Source: Harriotta raleighana
Taxonomy: Eukaryota
Reading direction: 5' to 3'
NCBI GenBank assembly: GCA_050575255.1
Contig: JBNZDD010013634.1
Location: 1,652,189-1,716,188, forward strand
DNA length: 64,000 nt
Part shown: one piece after another, positions 1 to 11,529 of the stretch
How positions within the stretch are numbered: the first letter of the stretch is position 1
Layout of the letters: every line of letters starts with the position of its first letter
Notes under the pieces: model-generated
What the model was told of the DNA's origin: nothing
Database searches by the model: none
What the model saw: only the letters and a program-made list of their open reading frames with translations
Made by a program: the position numbers and the translations under genes

Positions 1-913
1 GTATAATGATACAAGATTATTTAATTTTCTGACTGAAAGCACATCATTTCAGGCAAGATTTTCGAAGGCACACAAACAGCGACCGAGACAAAACTAGTCA
101 AGCTATAAATCCGAGTGAAAGGAAATTCTGTGATTTTGAGAGAGAAGCACCTTATTAATCCTTCTTATTATGACCTATATACTGCATCTGCTCCACTTTA
201 TCATCCAATGTTCTGTTTCAAAACTTCTGAAACTGGCCAAAAGCCAGAAACAATGCAAAGTTGCGAAAGATACATTTAAGGCAGTAGTAAATCAGCTGCC
301 TCTCTTACTTCATTAATTGTCCAAAGGTGAGAGGATCCCTTGAAAAAGTTTCACCATCTGCCTTTCACAGATGGTACCTCTCTGTACCTGATTAAAATGT
401 GTGGTTTGGCAGGATCCCAAATAACAAGTTATAATGATGGTTTATTCTATATTATGGAAACTAAATTCTCAAAACACACACAAAAAAAAGCTGATCGAGT
501 TCTCACATTAATGTCTCAGACAGGTGTGTTGAGACAAGGGCAGGTAGTTTTGTACAGAGCTAGCAAAGCTAGAATCGTGGCAGACATTTTTAAACTGTTT
601 CCTTATTAATAAGTATTATTATAATCTCTCTCAAAGTGCTTCACTGGAGGTACTGTGAATTTTGTGTGTTTGGAGTGAAATGGGCTCTCTAAATGTGTTG
701 TCCTTTTTTGATTTGAAAAATAATCATGTACTCTGCGATATTAGTAAATTCTTTCTGGACTCCTGTCTTACTATTTGATGGTTCATAGTGTTTTAAAACA
801 AAACTGTAATACTGTACCATCCTTGCAGAAATAAACAGTTATTTGTTACCACCTCCTCTATTGCTATCTGCTTCAAAGCAAGGGTGGAATCACACATAAA
901 AGGCACCATCCTT

Positions 914-977
914 TGGCACTCTGGGATGCAACCCTGCCTGAGAGGTGCTTTATAAATGCAAATTGTGGTTGTTGTTG
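914..977 (+). mobile_element. Isolated L2-type 3' tail with (TTG)n end
   Basis: ggcactctgggatgcaaccctgcctgagaggtgctttataaatgcaaattgtggttgttgttg; same motif recurs at ~30787, 45972 and 56094. Confidence 0.6.
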
Positions 978-1309
978 TACTAGTGCAGAGCAATGTAGTA
1001 GCACACATCCTTTTCAGATGTACCAATGAAGTGCTGAAGCTGTGGTAAAATGAACTGATTTGGCTTGGACGGAGGTGAGAGGTTGTGAAATGATGACACC
1101 AGAGTGAGCGAGGATACACAATCAAGCCACCCTTTATGAAAGATCTTCCCAAGCAGCTTTGGGAAATAGTTAAGTTTTGCAGAAGTCTGTAGGTGCAATT
1201 TAAGATCACTTATAGTTTTTTTTCCCTCGCAAATGAGTCAATTGTACAACAAACATCAGAGAAAGAAATAGAAGCAAGGCTGCAAGTGGCTTGGGAGGGG
1301 TGAGGCAGA

Positions 1310-1462
1310 AGCTGGGAGGAAAATCAATCGTCTCTTATCTAGGATGGTGAATCTATTCTCCATGAGTTTGGGCTGATAACTTCAGGACTTCACACAGGAT
1401 CAGAGCAACAAAGCGGAATTGATGCTGAAAATGAAGCCTTCATGTCAGTTGTTGAGGGATTA
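1310..1462 (-). mobile_element. Old dispersed repeat fragment, possibly Penelope-like; homologous to 7165-7296
   Basis: Shares aaaatcaatcgtctct...ggacttc...gatcag.gcaacaa.gc.gaa.tgat.ctg.aaatg...tgagggatta with 7165-7296; strand is tentative. Confidence 0.5.
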
Positions 1463-1474
1463 TGATGTGTTACA

Positions 1475-1735
1475 TAAATAAGAATATATACAAATTTAAG
1501 AACAGGAAAAGTCTATTTCAGCCCCTTCAATCTTCTTTTGCACAAACCACTACCCACTAACGCCCTTATTCCAGCTTCCCTGCTTTTTTTCACCCACATC
1601 CCCATATATTTCCACATCCTAGATATTTATCCACCTTTTTCATGATTTCTTCAATTAATTTCTGAACTATAGCTTTCCGAGATAGTGTATTCCAAATTCC
1701 TCTCACCTTCTGCCATCAGAATTAACATCTTGTCT
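1475..1735 (-). mobile_element. Decayed CR1-type LINE 3' fragment
   Basis: ataagaa...aagaacaggaaaagtctatttcagcccc followed by tatttatccacc...gtattccaaattcctctcacc, the usual reverse-strand look of CR1 3' ends. Confidence 0.45.
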
Positions 1736-2706
1736 CAATACCCACCTGTTTTGCCCTAATTTTAAGGTAGTTTATCGACCTGTCGCGAGAACGAATTGTT
1801 TGGGATTATTTTGGGATCATTGCCTGGCTTTGAGGGACAACATCATGTTAGTGTGGAGGCAAGAGGCGAGACAGAATAATCATCAACATCACAAATATTA
1901 ATAGGAAAAGACCCTCTCCAGCCCAGGCTGTTATATATTGGCTTGCATAGTCATCAGTGCTATGATAATTGGGGTGAAATACCACTTCATATATTTTATT
2001 GGTCTATCCAGTGACTAGTCAAAAGCACATCATTCACAGCCAAGACACGATTAGCTCCTCAAAGTTTCTGCGCCTTTGCTTTGAAGACTTCCTTTAAGCC
2101 TTGAGGTAAATTCGAAGAGCCCAGGTTTGAGGTGGCAGCGGATTTTCTATGTTATTTGCATTTACGGTATTTAAAGAAACTAACTCCACAGGAAGAGATA
2201 CCTGTTCCAGGTGGAAGAATTTCCTTAATTGGTTTGTGCTTCATTGTCCTGTACATTGTATATTATCAGTCAACCTCCAAACAGTCTTTTTAAAGATCAT
2301 TCTGGATATATCAATGTCTTCATTTAGATTTAGTTGCAGCATAAATGACTAAAAGGGGCAAGCTACAAATATTAGCTCCACACTATAATAGTCACTAATG
2401 TACTATGACTTCTGCAATAACACACATTAAAGGATTCCCTGTAGTAAAAAAATGCCTATAAAACACACTCCCGAGAACAGTTCCGCAGTTTGGCTGTTGT
2501 CTCATAACGCATCTACTGCATTACAAATAGCCATTTGAAGAAACCATGTAGGCAATGCATTAGGAATCAAAGCATAATGTCTTCTAATTTAACCAGTTAA
2601 TTGTTTAACAGGATTTAACTGCTCTTCAAACCTGCAGGGCCGGAAGTGTCAATAGGATCTAACTTGTGGTAGTTCATATTTACAGTGACCTGTAGTGTAC
2701 TGGTTA

Positions 2707-3257
2707 AATAATAATCCTTGCATTTGATATACAGTAAAACCTCATTTATCCGGCACGCTCGGTGCGGGGGGGGGGGGGGGTCGACCAATTGACTGTGCCG
2801 GATAAACGAGGGAGAAGTCGCCGAAAACCCGACATAAAAATTTAACTTATTTTAAAACATACCATGTTAATAATACACTACATAGTAACAGAATATTGTG
2901 TGGATGCTTACCAACAAAGCATTCTAGCAGAGTCGGGAAAAAATCGGTAAAACAGTATTTTTTACTGATCGGTAAAAACCCAAGTGTGTAAGTTTACTGA
3001 GTGCGCATGTGCACGCATTGCACCCATGTGCAAAGCGAGCAAACTTGCGATTCTGGAATGGGGAATTGTCCCGGGAGGGGGTCGAGCAAATGAATCGAGT
3101 CACGGTTGATCGAGTCACGGATAAACAAGGTTTTACTGTAACACCTTATCACACCTTCAAGAAATCTCCAACCGCATCACAGAATATACCACAAAGTGGT
3201 ATGTGTGTTTTGTGGGCGAAACGCGGCAGCCAATTGCGCACAGGAGTGTCTCACAAA
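2707..3257 (-). mobile_element. SINE 3' half interrupted by a MITE
   Basis: aataataatccttgcatttgata at 2707-2729 resumes after 3140 as acaccttatcac...cacagaatatacc...gcggcagccaattgcgcacag. Confidence 0.85.
2732..3138. mobile_element. Non-autonomous Tc1/mariner (pogo/Tigger-like) DNA transposon, 407 bp
   Basis: 21-bp TIRs CAGTAAAACCTCATTTATCCG / CGGATAAACAAGGTTTTACTG (19/21 match), TA on both sides (2730-31, 3139-40), CpG-rich interior, no transposase ORF. Confidence 0.9.
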
Positions 3258-3261
3258 AAAG

Positions 3262-3560
3262 CACTCACTTTGAAAGCGAGAGAACCTGGCAGGGCAAAAT
3301 CATAGGCAAGTTTGCTTACTCTACATGCCTCTGTTTATCCAGCAGTAAGGACGCGTTTGCTCGGTGATTGGTGGATCACTTCCCCCCACCCAAAAAAAAG
3401 TCACTCAATCCACGACTGTTTGCTGTGTGCAGTTGACTGCAGCGTTTTTCCCACAGAATACCCAGTCAATCCATTTTACAGTATATTCTGTGAAGCGCTT
3501 TGAGATGTCACACTGGTGTGATTAGGTGCTATATCAAATGCAAAGATTATGATTATTATT
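3262..3560 (+). mobile_element. tRNA-derived SINE, long variant with decayed head
   Basis: ggcagggcaaaa...ggcaagttt...tacatgcctctgtttatc...tcaatccacgactg...gtgaagcgctttgagatgtc...ctatatcaaatgcaaagattatgattattatt. Confidence 0.85.
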
Positions 3561-4409
3561 AGTTAGATTGGGCCATTTTTAAGACTCAAAAATGATCCTC
3601 CCCGAGCAATGGGACGTTCAAGGTTTTCCAGATGGGTTATGGGCACGATCATTATTCAGGGGTTGGAGGGATACACATTTTAATAAAGTTTCCTAAATAA
3701 GGAAGATAAAGTGTTTGGGAATATGCTATACTGACTCCATGGGCAGTTTACAGACACAAAGGAAAGGAACCGATTCGGCCAGTCGTACCTTCTGCCAGTT
3801 TTTGCACATCAGGTATCAGCCACTCTGTTACTTGATAATGAGCATTGGATAGTTTTTAGGAAAACTGGAATCAAAGGATCAGTATTTAAGAGGTTAAATG
3901 AAATGCTTTGTCAACCTCAGCCCCTCTCTGTAAACAGAAGCAGCTTGCGAATGAAAACCTAATCCCGATGCGTTTGATGTTGGAAAGTAACAAAGCACCA
4001 ATAAGAGTCACTGCAGGTAATTGTACTCAACATAATCACCGCATCCTGACTGATAAAAAGCCAGAGAGCATCTGTCTGCAGATGTTACTTTCTTGTACAG
4101 TATTCAAGTGGTGACTGTTATCATTTAATTGTATTAGCTTTGCCACTGCTTTCCTTCCTTGTGAAATTCATTATACACCGTCATATGGCTGAGCTGGTGA
4201 CATGATACGAATCTGACTCCGATTTCAGTGAAAGTGTATATTTATCAGTGTAAGTGACGAATGCTACACATCAAAGAAGGCCCTGAGGCCAGTCTGGGAG
4301 CTTCAGAAATATAGCACCAGGTTCACATTCATAGCCCAGACTCATATCCCAGTTTTGATATTTATCATACATATGATATACCACATATTCGACTCGTCTG
4401 ACTCTGGTC

Positions 4410-4680
4410 TGTTACTCATTCCTCATTGCCTTCTGTCCCATCATTAATACCAAGCCTTGAGCCACTGAACCGCAGCTCTCCAGAACTCTACCTAGATCCC
4501 TTTCCCTGGCTCCTTCTCTCCCTGCATTCCTGCCAAACGCTCTTTCAACTGATCTCTTTGACCACGTCTAAGGTCAATATTCCCATTCTCCTTGTTTGGT
4601 GCTTCCTATCATTCTGTTAAGAACATTGGGGAATTTAACCTACATGAAAGTCCCAATGCAAATAAATATGAGTTGTTGTT
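4410..4680 (+). mobile_element. Old L2 3' fragment
   Basis: C-rich decayed ORF2 end and 3'UTR ending in catgaaagtccc...gagttgttgtt. Confidence 0.4.
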
Positions 4681-5249
4681 TCACTGAAATCTGAAACCAC
4701 CTGTCTTCTGGTGGGAAGTTTTTAATTAGATTCTTAAGATCCCTGCCGTAATATTTTAATAGAACAAGCTATCATTTTTTAAAAAAATCTTCATGATCTT
4801 AATTTAGAAAACAATAGGCTTAAGGTCACAATAATGTTTATGCCTCTAGTCTGCAGCAGCCCAGAGGTGCATTTCTCCTTTACCTTGCATATGAGCTAAT
4901 GGCTTGTTTTGATTTACTTACTTGCATTATTGATTTACTTATGGAAAAATTGCCCTGTGTCCTTTTGTGTTTAATGCCCTTAAAAAAGTATTTGTGCAAC
5001 AACCACCATCTTGTACAAATGTAAGGGTGACACAGAGAACACAGTCTTTTTACAGCAGTACAATGGATCTCTTTGAAGATCATTTTTGGTAAGAGAACTA
5101 ATCATTTAATTTGCATTTTCAGCATCCTAATTATATTTGCAATGTATTTTCATCCCTGAGTAAACCACTTTGTTTCCTTTCGATCTCCCCATAGCTCATT
5201 TACCTTGCAGGACCTCTTTAGATATCTCACATCAACATATTCTTATCCC

Positions 5250-5445
5250 GTTCTCTGCACTTGTCCAACAATCCCCGAGATAAAATTCACTGGTCATTCA
5301 CTTTATGTCTGTTTATAGGATTTTGCTCTGTGCAAATTAGCTGCTGGGCTCACTTACAAAACAATATACAATCACTATATTTTAAAGTATAGCCTGTGAA
5401 CGATATTATATCAAATGCAAAATTTATATTAATTATGATTATTAC
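5250..5445 (+). mobile_element. Old SINE 3' part
   Basis: ccaacaatcccc...ggtcattcact...ctgtgcaaattagctgc...tatatcaaatgcaa. Confidence 0.65.
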
Positions 5446-5549
5446 TCACTATGTTGATGACCACTATTACTGGTTAACAATTGGGGGGAGGGTTATAAAG
5501 CCACAATTTAAGGGCCACATTTAGCAACAACAAGCAGCTTGATGCTGCA

Positions 5550-5730
5550 AAGAGAGAATGATAGAGTGAGTATTCTGGAAGGTTGAGATCAAATAAGCCA
5601 AAGTACTTTCTTAATCTAAACCAATTTTGTAATCTTGTGAGTTGGTGAATCCAAATCATTAATATATACAAAGAGTAGGAGGGGTCTTACAGAACACCAT
5701 TGACACACCTCACTTTATATCAAGGACGTC
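5550..5730 (-). mobile_element. Decayed LINE reverse-transcriptase remnant
   Basis: Minus strand 5675-5649 reads LFVYINDLD (RT motif PLLFxxYINDL), followed by KYFGL (KYLG-like). Confidence 0.5.
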
Positions 5731-6201
5731 TGAAGGAAATTATTCCTTATGCAATATTGGGTATGAATTGCGTCATACCAGAACTCCCAACATTGTATCC
5801 CATAATTGGGACTTTCTAAAAGGAATACGATAAAGTACAAAGTGGGAGTGTGCTGAAAAAATGTATGACTCAAGAGTCCTAAACTGGAAGTTCTAAAATA
5901 ATTGAAACAGATGTCTTAGTCTTCAGCACAAAGTGGTAACATTCTAGTTAGGATTAGAATAATCTTTCTGATATCGTAGCTGGCCATTCTGAATGTTTCT
6001 GGTATCTTTAACCCAATAACAATTTCTGTGTTTAGCCCAGAATCGCCACCCTGGGCTTCCAATAGAATGAAATTATTGTATTTATTTCAAAAAAGCAACA
6101 ATTTAACTTATAATAATAATAATCCTTGCATTTGATGTAGTAGTCAGTAAAACAGCTCAAAATATTTCATAGAATTTATTGATAAGTGCAATGAATATGC
6201 A

Positions 6202-6438
6202 TCTGCCCCCACACTCTGGAACTCCATCCTACAGTCCCTTCGCCTTGCTTTCTCCCTTGCCTCTTTCAAGGGTAGTCTCAAGACCCTCCTCTTCAAGTGT
6301 GTCTTCTGCTGCCCTCCCAACTCTCCCAGCTACCCTGCCCCTATGCCTTGCTCAGGTCCTGACCTAACTGTTCAGTGCCATGGGATGTCCTCCCGACGTG
6401 AAAAGCGCTCTAGAAATGTAATTTTGTTGTTGTTGTTG
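6202..6438 (+). mobile_element. L2 LINE 3' end (ORF2 C-terminus, 3'UTR, (TTG)n tail)
   Basis: 6202 onward reads SAPTLWNSILQSLRLAFSLASFKGSLKTLLF, matching the L2 consensus APxLWNSLP...SFKxxLKTxLF; tail gggatgtcctcccgacgtgaaaagcgctctagaaatgtaattttgttgttg. Confidence 0.85.
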
Positions 6439-6449
6439 TAGTTTACTAA

Positions 6450-6672
6450 GCAAGCACAACAATCAATTTGCTTGCAGCAATGTCCCTCAAACAGCCATGA
6501 AGTGAATGACCATTTGTTTATTTGGGATTTTGTTGGGCAAGACACTAGGGGAAAAACTACTTTTTCTTTTCAAACAATGCCATGCAATCTTTAATCAACC
6601 TGAATAGGTGCTTAGTAAAACATTAGTTAATGTTTAATTTGAAGACCAGCACCTCCAACAATGAAGCACACA
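6450..6672 (-). mobile_element. Deu-domain SINE fragment
   Basis: gacactagggg...tgccatgcaatcttta...cagcacctccaacaatgaagcac, reverse complement of the Deu core. Confidence 0.65.
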
Positions 6673-6713
6673 CCGAACAATTTGAAGTTATTTCAAGTTG
6701 CTTCAAGTAATAG

Positions 6714-7046
6714 GGAGCTCCTGTGGCTCAGTGGTTAGAGCACTCACCTTACATGCCTTACAGGCATGAGACCTGTGTTCGAATCCAGGCAGATCAGGGC
6801 GAAACCTTGGGCAAGTTTCCTTACTCCACATGCCTAATAATAATCCCTCCAAAAAACTACAATAATAAAATTGGTCATTTCAATCTATGACTCTTTGTGG
6901 GACGCTGCTGTGCGCAAATGGCTGCCGCGTTCCGCCCACAAATATACAGCCAATTCACTTTACAGTATATTCTGTGAAGCGCTTTGGGACGTTGATAAGA
7001 TGTGAAAAGCGCTATATCAAATGCAAGGATTATTATTATTATTATT
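6714..7046 (+). mobile_element. Full-length young tRNA-derived SINE with L2-type tail
   Basis: Pol III A box TGGCTCAGTGG (6724-6734), B box GTTCGAATCC (6777-6786), body, and tail aagcgctatatcaaatgcaagg(ATT)n. Confidence 0.92.
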
Positions 7047-7164
7047 AATAGTTTTTGGATGCCTGAGATGCAACTTAAGACCATTCATCACATTGGGCAT
7101 CCATCTTGTAAACAGTTTTGGACCAAGTCAGAAACAAAATAGGGTTTGCAAAGGTCTAACGATA

Positions 7165-7520
7165 GTTGGGAAGAAAATCAATCGTCTCTAACTTAAAGTG
7201 TTATGTCTTATTGGAGGGACTTCGCAGAAGATCAGGGCAACAAGGCAGAACTGATTCTGCAAATGCAACCTTTATGTCTCTGCTGCTGAGGGATTAGGTA
7301 GTGTTGAGGTCCGAATCACTAGCTCCTCTGGAGACCGGGTTCTAATGCGATGAGATTGAATGACATTTACCACCCAATAATGGCTGCTAAAGGGACGATG
7401 TTTCTTTATGTTCATGTGTGAGGCGAGCATGCAAACCCTTATCATGCATGACTTCAAGTACATGGTTTGTTTTGAAAGGCTTCCTGTGGAAATTGAGCTT
7501 GAGAAACCATGAAGTAATAC
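7165..7520 (-). mobile_element. Old repeat fragment homologous to 1310-1462, possibly Penelope-like thumb region
   Basis: Nucleotide homology to 1310-1462; minus strand near 7500-7465 reads NFHRKPFKTN (YRKPT-like). Confidence 0.45.
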
Positions 7521-7599
7521 TGATCAAGCTGGTTACAAAAATGGTAGCAAACTTCTCCTGTATAATATTTAATACCTTTAATCAAATATATTTCGGAAC

Positions 7600-7778
7600 A
7601 ATAATCCTTGCATTTGATTCAGCGCCTTTTCATATCTTTGTGGCATCTCAAAGCACTTCACAGAATATACTGTAAAGTGAATTAACTGTATAATTTGTGG
7701 GCAAAACGTGGTAGCCAATTGCACACAGCAGGTCCCAGAAACAGTCGTGGATTGAGTGACTTATTGTTATTATTTTTT
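7600..7778 (-). mobile_element. SINE 3' half
   Basis: ataatccttgcatttgattcagcgcc...cacagaatatactgtaaagtgaatt...gtcgtggattgagtgac. Confidence 0.88.
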
Positions 7779-9009
7779 GTATGGTTTTCTGATGTAAATA
7801 ATGGGGTGAGTATCTGCCCTAGAATAATTTTTTCTTAAGCTAAAGAGCATGAGAAATTTGGGGTCTCAAACACCCACATCCAAACACTTACCAGTTGGGA
7901 CCACATGGGAACAGCAGCACAAGAGGCAGTTGGTTGGTCTCTCCCTCCCGAGTTCGGGGTATTAAGACTAATGATAAGAGGACTTTTTTTTACTTGTAGG
8001 AAGGGATCAACACTAGATTTTTAATGCTTAATCTTAAAATATTTATTTTTAGTGGAGAGAAAGCTGCTGCCAAGTATTCAAATGGCCTATTGTGACCTGG
8101 TGCCCTTTTGGCCTGTTATAAGGAATACTAATCACCTATTAATAACCCATTTCCATCCAACAGGAGGCTCGGAATATGTTAAAAGCCAATTCCCTCCAAG
8201 TTGGGAATAAGATCACGCAGCATCTTATTTCAATAGCAAATATAGTTATGCATAAACATTTCCACAATGAGCTAGCTGTCAGCTGTCTTAAAGCTGCCTT
8301 TTTAAAAGTTTTCCGAGTTGCAATAGGATTCACTGAATATGGAAATACTTTCATAAGGGAACTGAACCACTCGTCCCAAAATCAGAAAGAGCTAAAGCAG
8401 TAAAATCAAGTCCGGTAAGTTTAACTCCCAAACCCTATATCTTCTCCACTGACTGGACTTCAATGGCCTTTTTTTTTCTATTTATGCCTGCAACTGTTTT
8501 CAATCATTTTTATTTCTAAAGTTTTTTCAAAGGTGGTTTTCATTTTTTTTATATAAAGGAATATTTACGGTTGCTAATGGCTGCAGCCTTAATAGAACTG
8601 CCATAGGGTGAGAGTCTCTTTGGTCTCTGCAGCATGTGACACAGTAGGAAGCTGGGCTGGTTAAATGACTATGTGTTGGCTGGAGGTTGAAGTTTAAGGC
8701 CTGGGCCAATTTAGAAGTGAGGCTAAATTTAGGAAACCTTGTGTAGATAAAGGCTCTTGGTTATCTGCTGAGGCTGAGCTTGCTTTGCAGACCTGATTAT
8801 GAAAGGGGGCTGCTCTGTACTTTTTTAATGCAGCGCTTAATCTGCGCAGATTTTCAAGGTGAGAATATTCCAGAAAAATAATTATCTGGCCATTGAGTTG
8901 GTCGTTGAGAATCTACAATACAACAGTTGGGACTTATAAAGCTGCGTTCATGTTGAATGAATGTCTTGAAATGTGCAACAGGAATGGTGCAAATCTGGAG
9001 GGAGTTGAG

Positions 9010-9145
9010 TTCTGATGAAAGGTCGTGGACACAAAAAGTTGATTCACTTTTCCTTTCTCCATAGATGCTGCTTGACCTGCTGAGTGTTCCCAGCGACTTC
9101 TGTTTGTGTTTCAGATTTCCAGCATTTGCAGTATTTTGTGTTTTT
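9010..9145 (+). mobile_element. Penelope-like element terminal fragment with degenerate minimal hammerhead motif
   Basis: tCTGATGAaaggtcgtggac...tttctccatagatgctgcttgacctgctgagtgttcccagc...tttcagatttccagcatttgcagtattttg; matches from memory a common chondrichthyan PLE-type end. Confidence 0.65.
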
Positions 9146-9732
9146 CTAGACGGAACCAGAATAGTACTGATTGAGTTAGGGTCAATTTAGCCCCTCTGTG
9201 CAGCCCTAACTGAGAACCAATAAAACTCAGCACTAACGTTTAAAGCATTCGATCAGATTGGAAAAGCAAACTGCTACCATGTTTTAGGCCTGTCCTCACA
9301 CAGTGCTGAATGCTACTTTTTAGAGCTGGCTACATAGCTCTTGGGTAATATTCCCCCACCCGCCCCAACACACACACAAATACACACACAAGCAATTACC
9401 CTAAACAAACACTGAATAGTACTCCGTGCTAATTGGAGCGATAATGTACAGACGACGACTGTGTTGAAGTCTATGTCTGCACCATGTATTCTTGGTGAAC
9501 CCAATTCCACTCCAGATACTGTTTTAATTATAGACATTACGCTGACATTGCTCGGCTACTATCTTTGTTAGCAGAGAGATTAAGCAGCCAGTCCAATAGT
9601 TGATTGGAGTTTAACCAAAGCATTTGTCTAACATGTGATTCTTCTGTATTAACTTCCAGGCAATTTTTAATGTAAAATTGATAATGGCACTCAAAAAAAC
9701 CTGAAGGGATTTTAGTACTGCAAAGAAATGTT

Positions 9733-10040
9733 ATAATAATAATACTACCATTTCATATATTATTGCACCTTCATGCCCAGAGTTTGCCTCAAAACGCTTC
9801 ACAATATAAAGTGCAGTGACTAATAACACGTGACTGATAACATGCAGCCGCTAATATGCACAAAGCGACTGATCAATTTTATTGGGGGAAATGTGATCAG
9901 GACACTGGGAGAAACTCCCTTCTCTTTTCTAGAAGTGCCGTGGAATCTTCCAACGTCCACCTGAACAGGCAGAGGGGACCTCTGTTTAACATCTCTTCCA
10001 AAGGATGGCGCTTCCAACAATGCAGCTCATCTCCAGCACC
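9733..10040 (-). mobile_element. Deu-domain SINE (AmnSINE1/SacSINE1-like)
   Basis: Reverse complement gcgccatcctttggaagagatgttaaacagaggtcccctctgcctgttcaggtggacgttggaagattccacggcacttc matches the Deu core; (AAT)n tail at 9733. Confidence 0.8.
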
Positions 10041-10712
10041 AAACAGAAACCCCTCCCCCACTCCACGCTTGTAACCAACGAGTTTCAAAGTAAATCAGGA
10101 GGACAATTCTGTTTTTAATTATAATTTTTAATTATAATTATTATCTTACAAGCCCTTGCTTTTATGTATTTTATTGCTGTAATCATCTTAATGAGGACAT
10201 CTACTCCTACACAACCCACTATCATAAAAAATTGCCTCTTTTTGATTTTATTTCCTCTCTCCCTTGTTGCTCGGATTGCCGTCTGTGCTGCCCACCCGCG
10301 ACAGAGATAGTGAATAACCACAAGCTGTGTCTTACGCTTTCAATGACTGCCAATCGAGCAGTTGAACTCTGATATGACTGAACTCTCACCTGTTGCATTC
10401 GCCTAACAATTGCAGTCACTACACTTAACCAGGTGTAACTATGCCTGATCTCTAGGTTATGTATCCACACCTGTAATGCTAACTCGGGGTTTTGTGTGAC
10501 AGAATTGATCCATTTCTTAACTGAGTCAATTTAACTCGCGTCCTTGCCTCAACTACATCTTCATTATTCAAATTCATGATTAATCTCTGTATTTCTTTTG
10601 TGGCTGTGCATCTACTTGGAACTGGAGGGTCAGAGAGATCACAGTTTATCAATGCTGTGTTGGATTTGAACTCAGATCTAGAGATGAGAAGGGAGTGATT
10701 CAAGCCCTCCGG

Positions 10713-10862
10713 CACACTCCCCTGCGTGAAGAGTGTTATATAAATTCAAGTTGTAGTGCAATAGTAGTTGTTAACAGTAGCAGTCAGGCTCCTCTACTGT
10801 TATGCACACTGAGATGCTACCCTGGGTGGAGAACGCTATATAAGTGCAAGTTGTAGTGTAGT
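10713..10862 (+). mobile_element. Two adjacent short L2-type tails
   Basis: cccctgcgtgaagagtgttatataaattcaagttgtagtg and ccctgggtggagaacgctatataagtgcaagttgtagtg. Confidence 0.55.
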
Positions 10863-11529
10863 ATCAATCGTTGATTCTATAACAATCAGATCTCACCATA
10901 ACAGCGCTGACACCTCTTACACTGAAACAAGAAATTTCATCGCAAATGGAGACAGAGAGAGAAATTATAGCTGTAGACACATAATCTTTCTTTGTTAAAA
11001 AATTCCAACAAAAACATATTGTTATCTGGATTTCTGACAATAGCACTGTATTGCTTATCTCTATCACAATCAACCTCAGATGGCTGAATGTCCAATCTGA
11101 GTAGATTTCCGATTCATAGAATGCCAATTGTACAGACGCACTTCTTATTTACTCTTTCCATCCTAGTGCGGTACTCAGCCACAAAGCCCAGTGACAAAAT
11201 CTTGTCCAATTGCCTAGTTGTTAACGCATGGAGCTCTTAAGCCCAGTCATCCCACTGCCAAATGTCTAATTACTCCAGCGTAAAATATGTTTTTGTTAAG
11301 TGTTTTTCACTCTTCTTGTTTGGGCTGAATTGCCGAATGACTGATTGAATGGGACATGCTGCAATCAGTTTTGCAAATTGGCCTTTTTTATGTGCAATTT
11401 ATAAAAATCCTGATACAAGCAGAATCCCGATACAAGCGCCATATTTCTTCGCAAAGCTTTTAGACCTTTATCAGGATTCAACTATATTAATATTGATCCA
11501 GAACTTTGTTCATTGTAGTAAATTGCACT

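Noticed and set aside
6714-6790. tRNA genes here and at 17531, 19530, 29858 and 50923
   Set aside because: The A and B boxes belong to SINE heads followed by SINE body or tail; no clean cloverleaf or T-run terminator.
8164-8414. Plus-strand exon (acceptor 8163, donor CCG|GTAAGT at 8414)
   Set aside because: The long frame stops at 8403 before the donor, and no homology or partner exon is apparent.
10640-10710. LF-SINE-like head (ggatttgaactcagatctagagatgagaagg)
   Set aside because: Similarity covers only ~30 nt of a generic tRNA-like head; the family cannot be assigned.
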